Source: Podarcis filfolensis (taxonomy: Eukaryota). From it: DNA of 64,000 nt. Position numbers and translations under genes: made by a program. The DNA is taken from assembly GCA_964270895.1 (NCBI GenBank), contig OZ185452.1; one strand, written 5' to 3'. The notes beneath the pieces were generated by a model. It saw only the letters and a program-made list of their open reading frames with translations, ran no database searches and had not been told where the DNA came from. Positions 23,491 to 37,264 of the stretch are shown here, piece by piece. The first letter of the stretch is position 1, and every line of letters begins with the position of its first letter.

Positions 23491-24861
23491 TTTGTGCTTC
23501 CCCCGCCCCTCCCCCTTTGAGAGGATGGAGAAGAGTCACATTTTAAGGAGAAACCAATTCTTACACAAAACTTGAAGTTTTTGTTGCAAACCTTTAAAGC
23601 TACACTTTATGAAAGATTCTAGTTCCACTTTCCCTGGAACACTATTAGGGTGTAAAGGGCAATTGGTGCTGGCTGCTACTGATGTGGGAGAATGATCTGC
23701 TGGTCACGGTGTAAAATCCAAAAGTGAAAAAGAAGCAGTAGGGCCAGCACATGAATGTTCACGGTTCTAGTCAGCCATGCCTTCCCCCACAATTGTCTCT
23801 TCTATCCTTCCCAGCAGTCAATTCTCAGTCCATGGCAACTGAGCATGTTTGGCGTTCGCTGAGCTATTTCCCTGTAAATTATGTCTGTCCTACTTCCTTG
23901 CAAGCTTGGGATTCCCTTGAGTTTGCTGGTATGGTTTTGGCTGCATAAGGCTCAAAACCTGGAAAGCTGAAATCGTCATCAGTATATCCTGTTCTCAATC
24001 AGTCTGTAAATTCAGTGCCCACCACCGATACCTTATGTATTCCATACGTCAATTAAAAAAAAAAAAGTATGGTAAATTTTCTTATTCAACTTAAGTATAG
24101 AGGTAGGAAGGAGATAGTGGCGGACCAGCTATCCCAGACTAATATTGAAATGCTAAGAAGTGTTGGATTAAAGCACAAATGCAAATTCGTAGGCATAGGA
24201 ATTTAGGAGTCTTAATTTTCCTCCATTCTTGGATTGACCAATCATGATTCCAGAATTAGGTATCACTGCCTGCCTGCAGATGGTCCTTTCACAGGGAAAG
24301 AGGCAAAAGTTAAAGAGAGCCTATTTTTTCCACCCCATATAAGGCAGAGGATCGCATGTCTGAAGACTGCCCATGGATTTGCAGAAGAAGGGAAGGAATC
24401 CAACCAGAGTCAATAGAGGATAAATTTTCAAGATGCATAAAATGATGTCAAGCCCGCTGTGCTCAAAATAAAACCTTCCCCAGGGGCTCTGTAAAAACGA
24501 GTGTTTGCTTCTCAAAACTGAAGCATAGGCAGGGCAGAGAGAAAGGGCTGCCCTGACCCCACCATTTCTGGCTCCATTCACTACCAGCATGCAGCCCTTT
24601 GACAAATTAAGCAGCCTTCAACTGCTGGAAAAAGTCCCTCCACTTCTTCTATAGAGGCTTCTGTTGGGGAAATAACACCAGAAGGAGCAAAGGTGTTCAC
24701 TCAGAGCCATATCCTCGGAGGCCTTGGGAAAGGGTTCACCAGTACAACTTCCTTCCAAGGACAGCTGCAGCATTGCTTGCTGTCAGGAAAACACATGACT
24801 CATAAATTTTACGGCTAAGCGGGAGCACCAAGTATTGGTCACTGTAATTTTCCACCCACAC

Positions 24862-24993
24862 NNNNNNNNNNNNNNNNNNNNNNNNNNNNNNNNNNNNNNN
24901 NNNNNNNNNNNNNNNNNNNNNNNNNNNNNNNNNNNNNNNNNNNNNNNNNNNNNNNNNNNNNNNNNNNNNNNNNNNNNNNNNNNNNNNNNNNNN
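24862..24993. other. Assembly gap (132 N)
   Basis: Run of N. Confidence 1.
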
Positions 24994-25479
24994 ACATAAT
25001 TACAAAAGATAATGGCAATTGGACACTTTTGGACCTTGACACAACATGGATGCTGTGTAAAAGCTGTTAGCAGCTCAACGTTTAAGTTACCTAGAGAGAT
25101 TAGACAAATGCAAGGTGGATGAAGCTGTGTTCCATTTCCACTGTTGGGAGGGAGGCAACATGCGTCTGAATGCCAGATGCTGGAAAATCACAAGGGGGAC
25201 AAATAATGTTGTGCTCAGGTCCTGCTTGCACACTGGCCACACTGAGAACAGAATGCTGGACTGGATGGGCTATTGGCCTGATCCCAGGTGCGCCAATGAG
25301 AAACCTGCAAGCAGGACTTGAGCCCAATAGTGCTCTCACCTATTATGGTTTCCAGCAACTGGCTTTCAGAAACCTTACTGCCTCCCCAAAGGCCAAATGT
25401 GGAAAAAGAGAATACCTCCATAATGGCTAGTAGCCACTGATTGCCTGATCCTCCAGGAACTTGTCCAATCCTCTTTTAG

Positions 25480-25727
25480 AAGAAGAAGAAGAGTTTGGAT
25501 TTGATATCGTGCCTTTCACTCCCTTTAAGGAGTCTCAAAGCGGCTAATATTCTCCTTTCCCTTCCTCCTCCACAACAAACACTCTGTGAGGTGAGCGAGG
25601 CTGAGAGACTTCAAAGAAGTGTGACTGGCCCAAGGTCACCCAGCAGCTGCATGTGGAGGAGCGGAGACGCGAACCCGGTTCTCCAGATTACGAGACTACC
25701 GCTCTTAACCACTACACCACACTGGCT
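25480..25727 (-). mobile_element. tRNA-derived SINE (Squam3-like)
   Basis: Reverse strand starts AGCCAGTGTGGTGTAGTGGTTAAGAGCGG (A box) and includes GGGTGACCTTGGGCCAGTCAC. Confidence 0.75.
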
Positions 25728-27239
25728 TTCTTTTAAAGCCATCCAAGTTGGTGGCCATCACTGCCACCTGTGTGAGAGAAGAGTTCCTTAGTTTATGTGC
25801 TGTGTACTTAATTTTATCCTGAACCTTCCAACAACCAGCTTCATTGAACCTCCATGAGTTCTAGTATGATGGGAGTTCATGAATTGTTGGCAGCAACAAC
25901 TTAAGGATTGAACCATTGTCTACTTGAGGGCTTCCCAGAGGCATCAGTCGGCTACCGTGGAAGCCAGATGCCGCACTAGATTCCAAAAGAGCTCTTCAAC
26001 ATTGCTCTGATCCTATAGGGTTCTTCCTACATTTTTAGGATTTAAACCGCTGTGACCCTCTTGAGTAACCCGTTCATGTTAAGTATCTGGGTGGCTCTTG
26101 ATCACATAAACTATTGCCTTTTGGGACAGGGAGGTCTTTGGAATGATTAAAATTTGCCGGAACTGAGCTCTCACAAAAATAGCTAAAAGCATTAGGGAAG
26201 AGATTTTAAAATAAAGCCGCTGATATGTTTATAACACCCTTATACAAATCTACGATGCGGCTATACTTAGAATATTATAGACGGCTCTGGGTTGCACCAT
26301 TTAAAAATAAAATAAATCTGTTTCACTGGAAAAGGGAGCAGAAACGATCAAGGAATCAGAGTGCCTGCCCTATCAGAAAAGGCAACAATATTTGGGGCTT
26401 CATTTGCTTAGAAAGAAAGATAGCCGCAATAGGAAGTTTATAAAACATGCAGCGGATGGAGAAATTGGGCCTTATGGACAACCGCTTCCATCACCTCCCT
26501 GGTCATTGGCCATGTTTGCTGAAGCTAATAGGAGTTGTAAGTCACCAACATCTGGAGGGCCAGAGGTTCCCCTCCGCCACCAACCCACCCTTATTTTGAA
26601 AGAGGAGCTGAGAAATTCATGGAGGAAAAGCTGCTGGCAATTAGTCAGGTTTGCCAAATGGCACTTCCAGATTCAACAGCCTCATGCTTCTGAATGCCAA
26701 TGGCTGGGGAGGTGGCAAGAGGAGGAAAGGGCTGTCCTCTTGGCTGCCCTGCTGATGCGCTCACCAAAGCCATCCGACTGGCCCCTGGGGGAAGCAGGAA
26801 GCTAGATTAGGAGGCCCCTTGGGTCTAATTCAGCCGAGTGGCTCTTATCTTAGTTCTGTATCCCTGTGGTTGGAATGTACGTAGGTGGCCACCCAGACAG
26901 CTGGCTGTAGACAGAAGCAGCACGGATTGCCCTATATGGAACCTTGGCCTCCATAACGATTTGTGGTGTGGGAGGTGCGCATGTTGGTGTGAAAACAGCT
27001 TAGGCTCTTGTGAAATCCAAGGCACCTCTCTGCTTGTTTGCTTTCTCTTCTGTAATCTCAATAGATGCTATTGGCTTTCAGGAGGCATCTCTTCCCCCTT
27101 GGGGAAAAAATCCCCTGGAGTCCCATCTGCTGCATCTACCCCATTGTCAAGATAGTGGCCAGCTTGTTTTGCACTTCAGTCTTTTATCAATAATTCCAAT
27201 GGATTTTTATGCAAACCCCTTTGAGGTTACGACAATTGT

Positions 27240-27575
27240 AAAAGGTAAAGGGACCCTGACCTTTAGGTCCAGTCGTGGCCGACTCTGGGGTTGCGGCGCT
27301 CATCTCGCTTTACTGGCCTAGGGAGCCGGCGTACAGCTTCCGGGTCATGTGGCCAGCATGACTAAGCCGCTTCTGGCGAACCAGAGCAGCGCATGGAAAC
27401 ACCGGAGCGGTACCTATTCATCTACTTGCACGTTGACGTACTTTTGAACTGCTAGGTTGGCAGGAGCAGGGACCAAGCAATGGGAGCTCACCCCGTCATG
27501 GGGATTCGAACCGCCGACCTTCTAATTGGCAAGCCCTAGGCTCTGTGGTTTAACCCACAGCGCCACCCGCGTCCC
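27240..27575 (-). mobile_element. Sauria/Squam1 SINE
   Basis: Full length; TSD CGACAATTG. Confidence 0.92.
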
Positions 27576-28852
27576 TTTTCGACAATTGAGCACCCTACAA
27601 AATTCTGTAAAATAAATGAAGAGACAGCACCGCCCCTGTGTGCAAACGCTCATGTACGAACGAATTTGCTGTTATCAAAGCTCTCTTTGTATTTATCGAA
27701 GAGATGATTATATTGGGTGTCCAGTTTGAGGCTCAGGAAGCATGGTGGCGAAGGCCTTGGCCAGCAAACCCATCTCAGTAGATGCATGACATAAAATTGT
27801 TTTTTTGCCGTCTTTCTTGTTATTTAACTGGAGAATGAGAGAGAGCGCGCACATCATTTTAAAACCGCATCTTATGTTTCAGCCAATTTAGGCTTTTATG
27901 TTTGAATGGCATATACACTGGGTCATAATGTCTCAGAGAAATCACCCTGATTTTCCCATCAGTCTCCCTCTCTCTTTGTTTTCTATTTCCAGCAGAGTTG
28001 CTATCGTCCTCATCTTTGGGGAGGGGGAATATTGGGGGGGGGGAGCGCAGCAAAACAATACTTCCTTTGGCGCCTGTTCCCAGAGGAGTGAGGTCATCCT
28101 CAAAGGCAGCAGTTTTTCAGCTTGCTGGAAGATGACAGAGATTGGATTGATTCATGCCACATGCTAGGCTGAAACAGTGAGCAAGACATATACACTGGAC
28201 TGCAACAGTGGCTTATTATGACCTGATGAACCAGAGGCTATAAGCAAACAGCCTGGGCAGAAACTCAGCGAGGCCTTTGCGGATAAAAGCTTTTGGTCCT
28301 TGCACATGGCAGATGATGGCCATTGACCATCAAGTGAAGCCAAACAGGCCAAAAACACACACCATTGCATTTGCTCCTTTTTCTGTAATCACTTGTCCCA
28401 ATCTCCTCAAAAGCTTCCCTCGCAGCTTCAGGAAGACGCAGGGGGTTGCAGCACAGCCCTTAGTCCTGCAATGTGCCAGCTGTGAGGAACAAGCAAAGTA
28501 AGCAGTGGCGCAGTTTGATTAATTTGGGACCATAGATTTTGAATGGTCTTGTGTGGGACCAGGGTGGGTTGTGGGAGAGTCTTTAGGTAGTCAGGCAGGA
28601 ACAGTCCTGGTTGAAGAGGGGAGCAGAAGTGCTTCTAAGTAAATACATAATTTAAAAATGTGGTCATCTATTGCACCTATCTTTGAGGACCCCGTTCATT
28701 ATCAGTTCTTTGTCCCTTTCCCCCCACAGCACAACTGAAAACAAACCACTGGCATCTTCATCATCCAGATTCAGTTTGATAAACCAGACATTAGTACTTT
28801 CCACTCTACAGTCAGTGAGTGAGTGTGTGTTGAGGGATAGGTTAGAAAGTTT

Positions 28853-29212
28853 CATAGCTCAGTGGTAGAGCATCTGCCTTCATGAAGAGGGTCCCTGGTT
28901 CAATCCCCAGAGGAGACCCCTGCCTGAGAACCTGGAAAGCCACTGCCAGACAGTGCAGATAATACAGTCATACCTTGGAAGTTGAACGGAATCCGTTCCG
29001 GAAGTCCGTTCGACTTCCAAAACGTTCGGAAACCAAAGTGCGGCTTCCGACTGGCTGCAGGAAGCTCCGTCAGATGTTCGGCTTCCAAAAATAGTTCACA
29101 AACCAGCATTCGGGAGCCAAAACGTTCAAGAACTAAACTGTTCGAAAACCAAGGTAAGACTTTACTGTGTTAGAACGGCCAATGCTCTGACTCAGTGCAA
29201 GACAGCTTCCTT
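28853..29212 (+). mobile_element. LF-SINE-like SINE interrupted by a Tigger-like MITE (28965-29162)
   Basis: TAGCTCAGTGGTAGAGCATCTGC head; SINE sequence resumes after the duplicated TA. Confidence 0.75.
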
Positions 29213-29544
29213 TGATATAGGGATATTTAAGTAATTGGTTTCCCCATGACACCTATGATCTGATCAATGGGGGGGAGGAAAAGCACAGCAAAGTTTCAAG
29301 AGTGCCATAGCTGTGTATATAATTCTGTAAGGGAAACAGGAATATTTGTCTTTTCTTTCTTTTTACTTTGCCCTACTTCCATAACCCAGTAACATTACTG
29401 TCTGTACTTCACTTCCCTCTGATCTCAGAGTTTGCAATCACCTACCTGCAGAACCCTGTACATACATAACCTGCAAACTGAGGATGATGCTCCATGCATC
29501 TGATTCTAGTCCACAGAAACCTATGCTACAATAAACTTATTATT

Positions 29545-29612
29545 CAGAGTTTTATGTTGTGAACTGCCTTAAGATCTATGGGTATAGGGCAGTATACAAA
29601 TTTTCTAATAAA

Positions 29613-29645
<33 letters not shown>
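29545..29645 (+). repeat. L2-like tail ending in (GAT)11
   Basis: GGGCAGTATACAAATTTTCTAATAAA followed by (GAT)11 at 29613-29645. Confidence 0.7.
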
Positions 29646-30538
29646 AATAGCAGCCACTATTAGGAGTCTTCTGGAGAAGAATACAGCTTTTATGAAACTA
29701 TGGTTGGTCATCTTGAGCCCCCCCAAAACTATCAGACATAAATGACTATGGTGAACAGATAATTAAGATATTTTCCGAAGCCTTTTCAGTGGTGGTACCC
29801 AAATTCCTTCCTATGCATATTTTTTTCTCTTCTGACAAATGGCATGGAGCAGCTTAAGGTGTCAAGAGCTATAACCAATGTTCTGTCTGCTAGCGCAAGA
29901 GTCCTAGTGTCAGGGAAAGACAAGGTTTAAATGTGGCCCACTAAAGGAATCCAACTCACCTTTTGCACTACCAGAAGTTTGCAACAGCTGATTCTTGTGC
30001 AATCTGTTGCACACTATTTTGATGATGTACCTGCTTTTTCCCTTGCATAACAACATTCCATCGGAGCAACAACTATGCCAACAGGCGACTTTAACATAGT
30101 ACCGCACTGGATACAATGCACAGTGATAGTTGGCCCAATGGCAGGGCTAACTTCAGCTACTTTTCTTTCCACAGATTGAGGAGGAGGGCCCCACAATTAA
30201 TGAAGCAAGCATGTAAAGGCATCATGCATATTGATTGTGCTTATATAAACAAAGGGAACAGTGTTCTCCTGTGATCTGTGAACAGGGCATAAGATAGACA
30301 TGATCTCCTGAATAATGATCCCCTATAGCGTTACTCCACTGCTCACTTGAATGTTGTTGCTTTAAAATATAGAGCCAATTTTGGAGACTACAGTGCCAGC
30401 GACTGTATATCACTGGAGCCCCAGCCCCACCCTCCAGCCATGTTTTGTTGAAGTACTTTTAAACAGGAACTTCTGGTGCACAAGTTAAGCAGGCAAACTT
30501 TTCCCTGGCACAGCGGTAGTAATAAGCACCTGCTAGGC

Positions 30539-30674
30539 CAGCGTTTCCCAAACTTGGATCGCCAGCTGTTGTTGGACTACAATTCCCATCATCCTTGACC
30601 ACTGGTCCTGTTACCTATGGATGATGGGAGTTGTAGTCCAAAATCAGCTGGAGACCCAAGTTTGGGAAACCCTG
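30539..30674. mobile_element. Palindromic hAT-Charlie-like (MER5-type) MITE
   Basis: TIR CAGCGTTTCCCAAACTTGG / CCAAGTTTGGGAAACCCTG; degenerate 8-bp TSD tgctaggc/agctaagc. Confidence 0.8.
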
Positions 30675-31898
30675 AGCTAAGCTCAGGCTGCAGTTAAGCC
30701 CTGGAATATAAGGCCATCTGAAGCAGAATTTATGGCTTTCAAACGGAAGACAGTCACATGTTGTGGCGTCACTGTGACTCATGAACAAGTCCTCAGTTAC
30801 ATAGTGCCTGAAAGTGTCACCAATTAGGGTAAGAAATAGTTTCTGCCAGCTTTCATCCCTTCCCAACCCTCTTTTGTTTAGCTGATCAATGATTTTGAGC
30901 GAGAGGTTCTAAAGTCACACGGAAAGAGGCACTGCCTGTCTTCTTCAAGATAACTATTTCCTCTTGCATGTCCAGCCACAAATTGAAAACCAATCTGCAG
31001 CAAACAGAATTAATTGCTTTTCTTTATAAACACACTCTCTCTCTCGTCTTCTGCTTCATACATCTGGGTGATTCTGTATTCAGTTCCAGGTAGCAAGCCT
31101 CTTGTTTCAGAAGCACTTTTGATGTAGACTGTTTTGATTTCCTTTTGCTCATCAGACCTTTGCTCCTGCTAAAACCTGCTTTTTCCTTTGTAATAGTGCT
31201 GTCCGTTTTTAAAGCACCGGTTTGGCTTATATAGTCTAATTACTGCATCTTCTGTTCAACCCTGATATATTCTACCCCCTGCCCCAGGAAGCCGCCTTCT
31301 GTGAGGACAGAGGAGAACAGAAAAAAAGTGAAGGAGGGCTGGTTACAGATTTTGGGAGGTATTTGGTGTGAGGCTCTCCAAAGCAGTAACTTTCACAAAC
31401 AACGACACACACCTCTAGAGTTATGACAGATGACCAAGTAGTGATTCCTTCTCTTTGGGGTTGGGATCAGTCTGGACTGCTGCTCAGGGGACAGGTGAGC
31501 AACTAGGCATCTTGGGTCCAGGATACCTCTAACCTCTTATATCCCTGAGGTCTACAGGGGAGTCACTGTTTGTGGTCCCTCATAGCTCCGATGAATGACT
31601 CATACGTACCAGGAGCCATGCTTTTAGAAATGTAGGCTCCATTTCATGGAACTCCCCACCGGCTGAAGTCAAGCAGGCTCCCACTCTGTTGTTATTTCCA
31701 GGCATTTAATCAGAATTCATTTTAAACCATCTTTTCCCTTTTCCAAGTATGGCATCCTTGCACACAGTTTGGATGCAGTACAGGCAATTCCCAATTTAAG
31801 CGGGGGTTACGTTCCAAGGCACCACACGTTTAGGTGAAATTGTGTATATTTGAAAAGATTCCATCAACAGTATCTCCGAAAAATTGTACACGTCACTT

Positions 31899-32994
31899 GG
31901 GAAGACAGGTGAACTAATGCCAGTGCCGAAGCAATGATTCTTCAACATCAACTTCACTGGACTGGTCATGTTGTGTGGGTGCCTGATTATTGTATTCCAA
32001 AGCAACTACTCTACAGTGGAACCTCATGTTACGGATGGGATCCGTTCCGGAGGCCCGTCCATAACACAGAACTGACGCAAGCCAAAGCGCCGTGTCTGCG
32101 CATGCGCATGGTGCGATGTAGCGCTTCTGCACAAGTGGCAAAACCCGGAAGTAACCCGTTCCGGTACTTCCGGGTTGCCGCGAGACGCAACACGAAAACT
32201 TTGGCGAAATTGACTGGCAGCTTCGCTTGCCCCTGGAGCCCACACGCTTCCCTGCGTGTCTCTGCTCCCTCCGGGCCCCCAGCTGCAGTTAGCAGAGTGA
32301 AGTACACAGCGGTAGAAGCAATGCGATGATTGCCATGTGTGCAGTAAATCAGTCAGACGCTCGGTGTCTTTCCTTATCTTACAAAGAGCTTTAATCTCGT
32401 ACAAAAACAACAAATCATAACTCTCCCGGAGACACGCAACTCATTTTCCCGGTGCGTTCCTTGAGCAGACTCAGCTCCCACTGTCTCTCTCTGAGACACA
32501 TAAAACACTCCCCTTTCTCAGTGTTCTATGCCCGCCTCTGAATGTGAGACGTCACTCAGAACTTCTTAACCCTGTAAGCAGATGCAACATGAGGTATGAC
32601 TGTATTCCGAACTTACAAATGGAAAGTGTAATGCTGGTGGTCAACAAAAGAGGTTTAAAGACTCTCTCAAGGCAAATCTTCAAAAATCTAGTACAGACAC
32701 CGACAACTGGGAAACACTGGCCTGCGAGCGCTCCAATTGGAGAACAGCCTTTACCAAAGGTGTCATGGGCTTTGAAGACGCTTGAACTCAGGCCGAAAGG
32801 GAGAAATGTGCTAAGAGGAAGGTACGCTTGGCAAACTCTCACCGTGATCAACTTCCGCCCAGAAACCTATGTCCCCACTGTGGAAGGACGTGTGGATCCA
32901 GAATTGGCCTCCACAGTCCCTCACGGTTTCACTGTTAAAACCGTGTTCATGGAAGACAATCTTACTCGGCTATGAGTGATCACTAAAGAAGAAG
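31899..32994 (+). mobile_element. RTE-clade LINE 3' fragment split by a 589-bp Tigger-like element (32014-32602)
   Basis: Halves rejoin as HQLHWTGHVV..PKQLLYSELTNGK, then a CPHCGRTCGSRIGLHS zinc-finger-like end and a GAAGAAGA tail. Confidence 0.85.
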
Positions 32995-34071
32995 ATAGCT
33001 TTTAAGTAAACAGCAGTAGCGACAGGCTTGGACTCAAGGCAGTGGACTTTTCTGGTGCACTAGGCTCCTCACACCAGCCGCCCAGAAGGCCAGCTGTTGA
33101 CACTTCTTGTCTCTGCTTTAAACACACACACAGCAAATAAACTGAAGGCTCCATGTTCATCTTTTCAAACAAGGCTGAATTCCTTATAGAGCTGCAAACC
33201 ATTTCCTCAAAAGAAATCAAGGCTCCAGGAAGAATCTTAGAAAATATAGGTGACTCATTTCCTGGCAAGCCAAACAAAAGAGTTTTGGCAGGGTCCCGGA
33301 AAAACTGAACGGGAAAGCAGGAAGCAAATGAAAATTTAAATCTTTAATGGAAAAAAAGCACTGTATCACAGAAATTGTCCTGCTACAATTTTGTGTCAAG
33401 GTGACTTGATGTTTTCTTTCTTCATAAACAAGATGGTACTGCGATATAAAAAAATATTTTCTCGAGCAAGAGGTCCTCACTTCTTGCCAAGGGATTTCAG
33501 TTGATCAGTCCAAGCAGTAGAAGTAAATACTCCAATGTGTCTGGCCAGGGTGCTGCTATTATGATGGTCTGTGGGTGGATGAAATTTGGAGCCAGTCTTT
33601 TAGCAGCAATCCCTGTTGCTCAGTCTGCAAAGATCATTTAAATATTCTAGGCAGGCTCCCAGGGAGGGTGTGGTCTGTACATCAGAAGTGGAGAAGTCGG
33701 ACTGGCCACATTATTTGGGCAACTTTCGCCAAGAGGTGGTTTCACTGCTTTTGGATACCGGCCCAGGTAGCACATAACAGTAACCCATCATTAGCAACTT
33801 CTGGTGCCCAAAAACCAGTTCACTCCTTTTGCTCCACCCTGCCAGTCTGGGGGAGAAACGAACCACAAAGCTTGATTCAGTATTATGTTAGACTCAGAAC
33901 TCATCGTTCGTTTCTCCCAGAGAGGACAAGGCAGAACAGAGAGGAAGTGACTAAGCAGCACACTGCTTGTTCAGAGTAAGCCATGGTTTATTACTGACTA
34001 CGGTTTACTGTTACATGTGAACAAGGCCAATGAGTAAAAACAAATAATGACAGTCTAGCTAGCGTCTTTCT

Positions 34072-34077
34072 TTTATT
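34072..34077 (-). terminator. Candidate PPIL2 poly(A) signal
   Basis: TTTATT on + (AATAAA on -), ~1.3 kb past the stop; another candidate at 33987-33992. Confidence 0.35.
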
Positions 34078-35349
34078 ACAACTTCCTGCTAACAGCGAGC
34101 CCTTTTGACTGATTTCCTGCAATCCAGACAGCTAGAAAAGTTGCACATATCTGTGCCGGTGGTGGTGGGGATACTTCTTTTCTTTACCTATAAATATAAT
34201 TTTTGAATTGTATGAAAATAGAAATACATATATACATAAGCAAACTTGTCTCCATTGGACTATAAACTGGCATTTGGCATTCACTCAGCCAATGCTTCTA
34301 AGCAATGTGGGGCTCCAGGCACACCTTAACTCTGCCCATATTTAGCAGAAAGGGCAGAATGCGCATTGCACAGAAATGTACACAGTGACTGCCGGGCGGC
34401 CATTTTTGTTAATGGGGATAGTAGGTTTAGGAGGGGCTAGCTTCAAGCAGAGAGAAGGCTCAAGCTGCTCCTTGCTGACCGATTCCTCTCCAAATGGCAT
34501 CTTCTAGCTGATTCTCCTCCTAAGGGTCACCCCAAAGGGTCAAAAGCACTTGGAGGGAATTTGCAAAGGATTAAAAATGTGGGCAAAGGAGTGAGCAAAT
34601 CCTCCAGTCTGGTCCCTGTGCTTCTTAAAGTGAGAGGTCATTTTTCTAACTGGGCTGCAACCTCTTCATGCTGCACATCAGAAATGAGGGGGGGGGGGAC
34701 AGTGGAGCTTCGATTTGTGCCTGCAAGCAGAAGTTCTGAACCGAACTGATGCAGATCCCTCCGTCAAACCTGGTAGCTCGGAGCTGTATTCCTGAGAGGA
34801 CACTGGACAGCTGCAGCTCTGTTATGATCCCAGAGCCCACAGAGAGAAGGGGTGGATGCTTCTAAGCAGCAGTAAGGTTGCTCTCATACAGTGCAGTGGG
34901 AGGTGTGAAATGGAGGGAGGATGCTCAGGCGGTGTTTACAAATTAAAACTGGGAAGGCGTAAAGGGTTATGTGTCTCCTGCAACAAGGGTACAGCTCTAA
35001 TGCTCTCGCCGCCTCCTCTGAAATCTGGCAATTACCCATTTAAGCCGGGAATAGAACCTCACTCATTCATCTGTTTTTAGCATCCTCTCATGTTCTGCTG
35101 ATAAATCTACTGAGCAACAAAGCATTAAGAGTCCTCCTTGAATTAGGGAGCACAGCAGCTCACGGAAAAAGCAAAACGGTTCTTCCTGAGAAGGGCTCGA
35201 GAAAGGGCAAAGAAATCTGACTTAAACCATGTTAGGAAATTGTCTTGAACTGGTTGGGTTTGGGTTCCTTTGCCTGCTGCAGGGAAGATGTACAACTTGG
35301 GCTTTCTCTGTCCAGAGTCCAGGCTTGGTTATGGTTGGGTTTTTGGTCC

Positions 35350-35443
35350 CTACCAGGAGCTGAAGTCCCCAAAGCCTGTGCTCTTCTTCTCTTTCTTTGC
35401 AGCTGTGCTGGTGGACGGCCCATCATCTTCAGCCACTCGCTTC
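35350..35443 (-). CDS. PPIL2: PPIL2 last coding exon (KRVAEDDGPSTSTAAKKEKKSTGFGDFSSW*)
   Basis: C-terminal GFGDFSSW typical of PPIL2; acceptor TTTCCATTACAG|; TAG at 35350-35352. Confidence 0.95.
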
Positions 35444-36239
35444 CTGTAATGGAAACCACACTGGTCAGAGCTCAGGCTGCGAGCCTAACCCCACCCACCT
35501 GGGGAAATGAACCCCAATGAGTTCAACCGGACTTCCTTCTGAGTGCATGCAACCAGGATGGAGGGCAGCCCTTTTTATTTACATCTTCTGCCCCACCCAT
35601 CAATCCAAAGAGCAGCACTCCTCCCTCCTCTTGATCCTCACAACCATCTTGTGAAGCAGGTTAGGCTGAAAAAAGGTGACTGGTCACTCGGTACTGTTCT
35701 GTTACTGAATAGGGTGTGTGAATCTGGGCCTCCCCAATGAAACCACAGTGTGGGTGTGGCTTTCCCATGAACACATAAAGCTTCTGTATAGTAAGACGAC
35801 TTGTTCACCCAGTCTCGTACTGTCCAGTGGAGCATCTGAACACTTGCGAGTCCTCCAGACGTTTTGAACTACAACTCCCATCAGCCACTGCAGTTGCGCC
35901 GTGTGGCTGATGGGAGTTGAAGCCCAAAACATCTGGAGGGCAGCAAGTTGGCAAATGCTGGTCTACTCCGATCAGCAGCACGCTCTCTGGAGTCTCCCAC
36001 AAAAAGTCCACCTGAGATTCATTTTTTAGCGAGATGCTGGGGATTGAACCTGATGCCTTCAAAGCGGAATGCTTGGGCTCTAACCCTTAGCTATGTCTCA
36101 GTCCCCATTGCCATCTGCTCAACAGCAGAGCACTGACCTCTTCTCTTGCTCAAAAACATGAAGAACCTGAGGTACTGTTTGCTTTTTAAAAATTATGTAT
36201 TTCGTAGATTTATATCCTGCTTTTCGACTAATAGTAACA

Positions 36240-36305
36240 ATAAAATTTTTATTATTTGTACCCATCTGACTGGGTTGCTCCAGCCACTCTGGGAGGCTTC
36301 CAACA

Positions 36306-36363
<58 letters not shown>

Positions 36364-36830
36364 TTTATTTATATCCCGCCCTCCCCAGCCGAAGCCGGGC
36401 TCAGGGCGGCTAACAACAATCAAATAATCAAACAATCAACTAATCCAACATTCTAAAAATATTTCATTATAAAAATTAATTAAAATCAAGTTGATGGCAA
36501 CCGTTAAGCAAAATTCTGTGCAGGTTGCCAGAGGAGGGAGTCAGGCTGCGCCCTGACCAAAGGCCTGGTGGAACAACTCTGTCTTGCAGGCCCTGCGGAA
36601 AGATGTCAGGTCCCGCAGGGCCCTAGTATATATAAAAGCATCCAATATTAAAAACTTCCTGATACAGGGATGCCTTCAGTTGCACAGTCATTTATCTCCT
36701 TGACATCTGATGGGAGGGTATTCCACAGGGACGCGACTCCTGCGAAGGCCCTCTGCCTGGTTCCCTGCAACTTTAATTCTTGCAGTGAGGGAACCACCAG
36801 AAGGCCCTTCGGAGCTGGACCTCAGTGTGG
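36240..36830 (-). mobile_element. Nested L2 3' fragments (family A at ~36306-36630 inside family B) with an (AAT)n tail
   Basis: Family B tail at 36240-36305 and body at 36635-36830 flank a family A 3' end. Confidence 0.65.
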
Positions 36831-37264
36831 CTAGCAAATCTGGGTGGGCGTTGGCCTTGAGCTCGCCAAGACCCCCCGCCAAGGAACACCAGCTGGTCTC
36901 GGAAGCCCCAATGTATTGCAAAGCTGAGGCTGCTCTCGTCTCACACTCCATCCTACTCTTAGTGCCTTTGCTCAGGGAGCAAGCAGTGCTAGGTTACCCA
37001 ATGGGCAGACTAAGTAGATGCTTCGGGCACCAGCGAAGCAGGAACACACACATAAATTGAGAAGTTTTTGAAAGGATTTAGTATTTATTTTTTAAAGCAC
37101 CAGTGTGGATATCATGGTGAAAACCAGAACTTTGTTAGACTTCCTTATACTCCATTGTGCCATCTTTCCCCATTTTTTCCTGTTCTCTTTTTATCGTTAT
37201 GTATTCCCCACCAAAACCAAACCCAAAAAGAAACCAGGGGGGCCATCCTACCAACGTAGATTTA

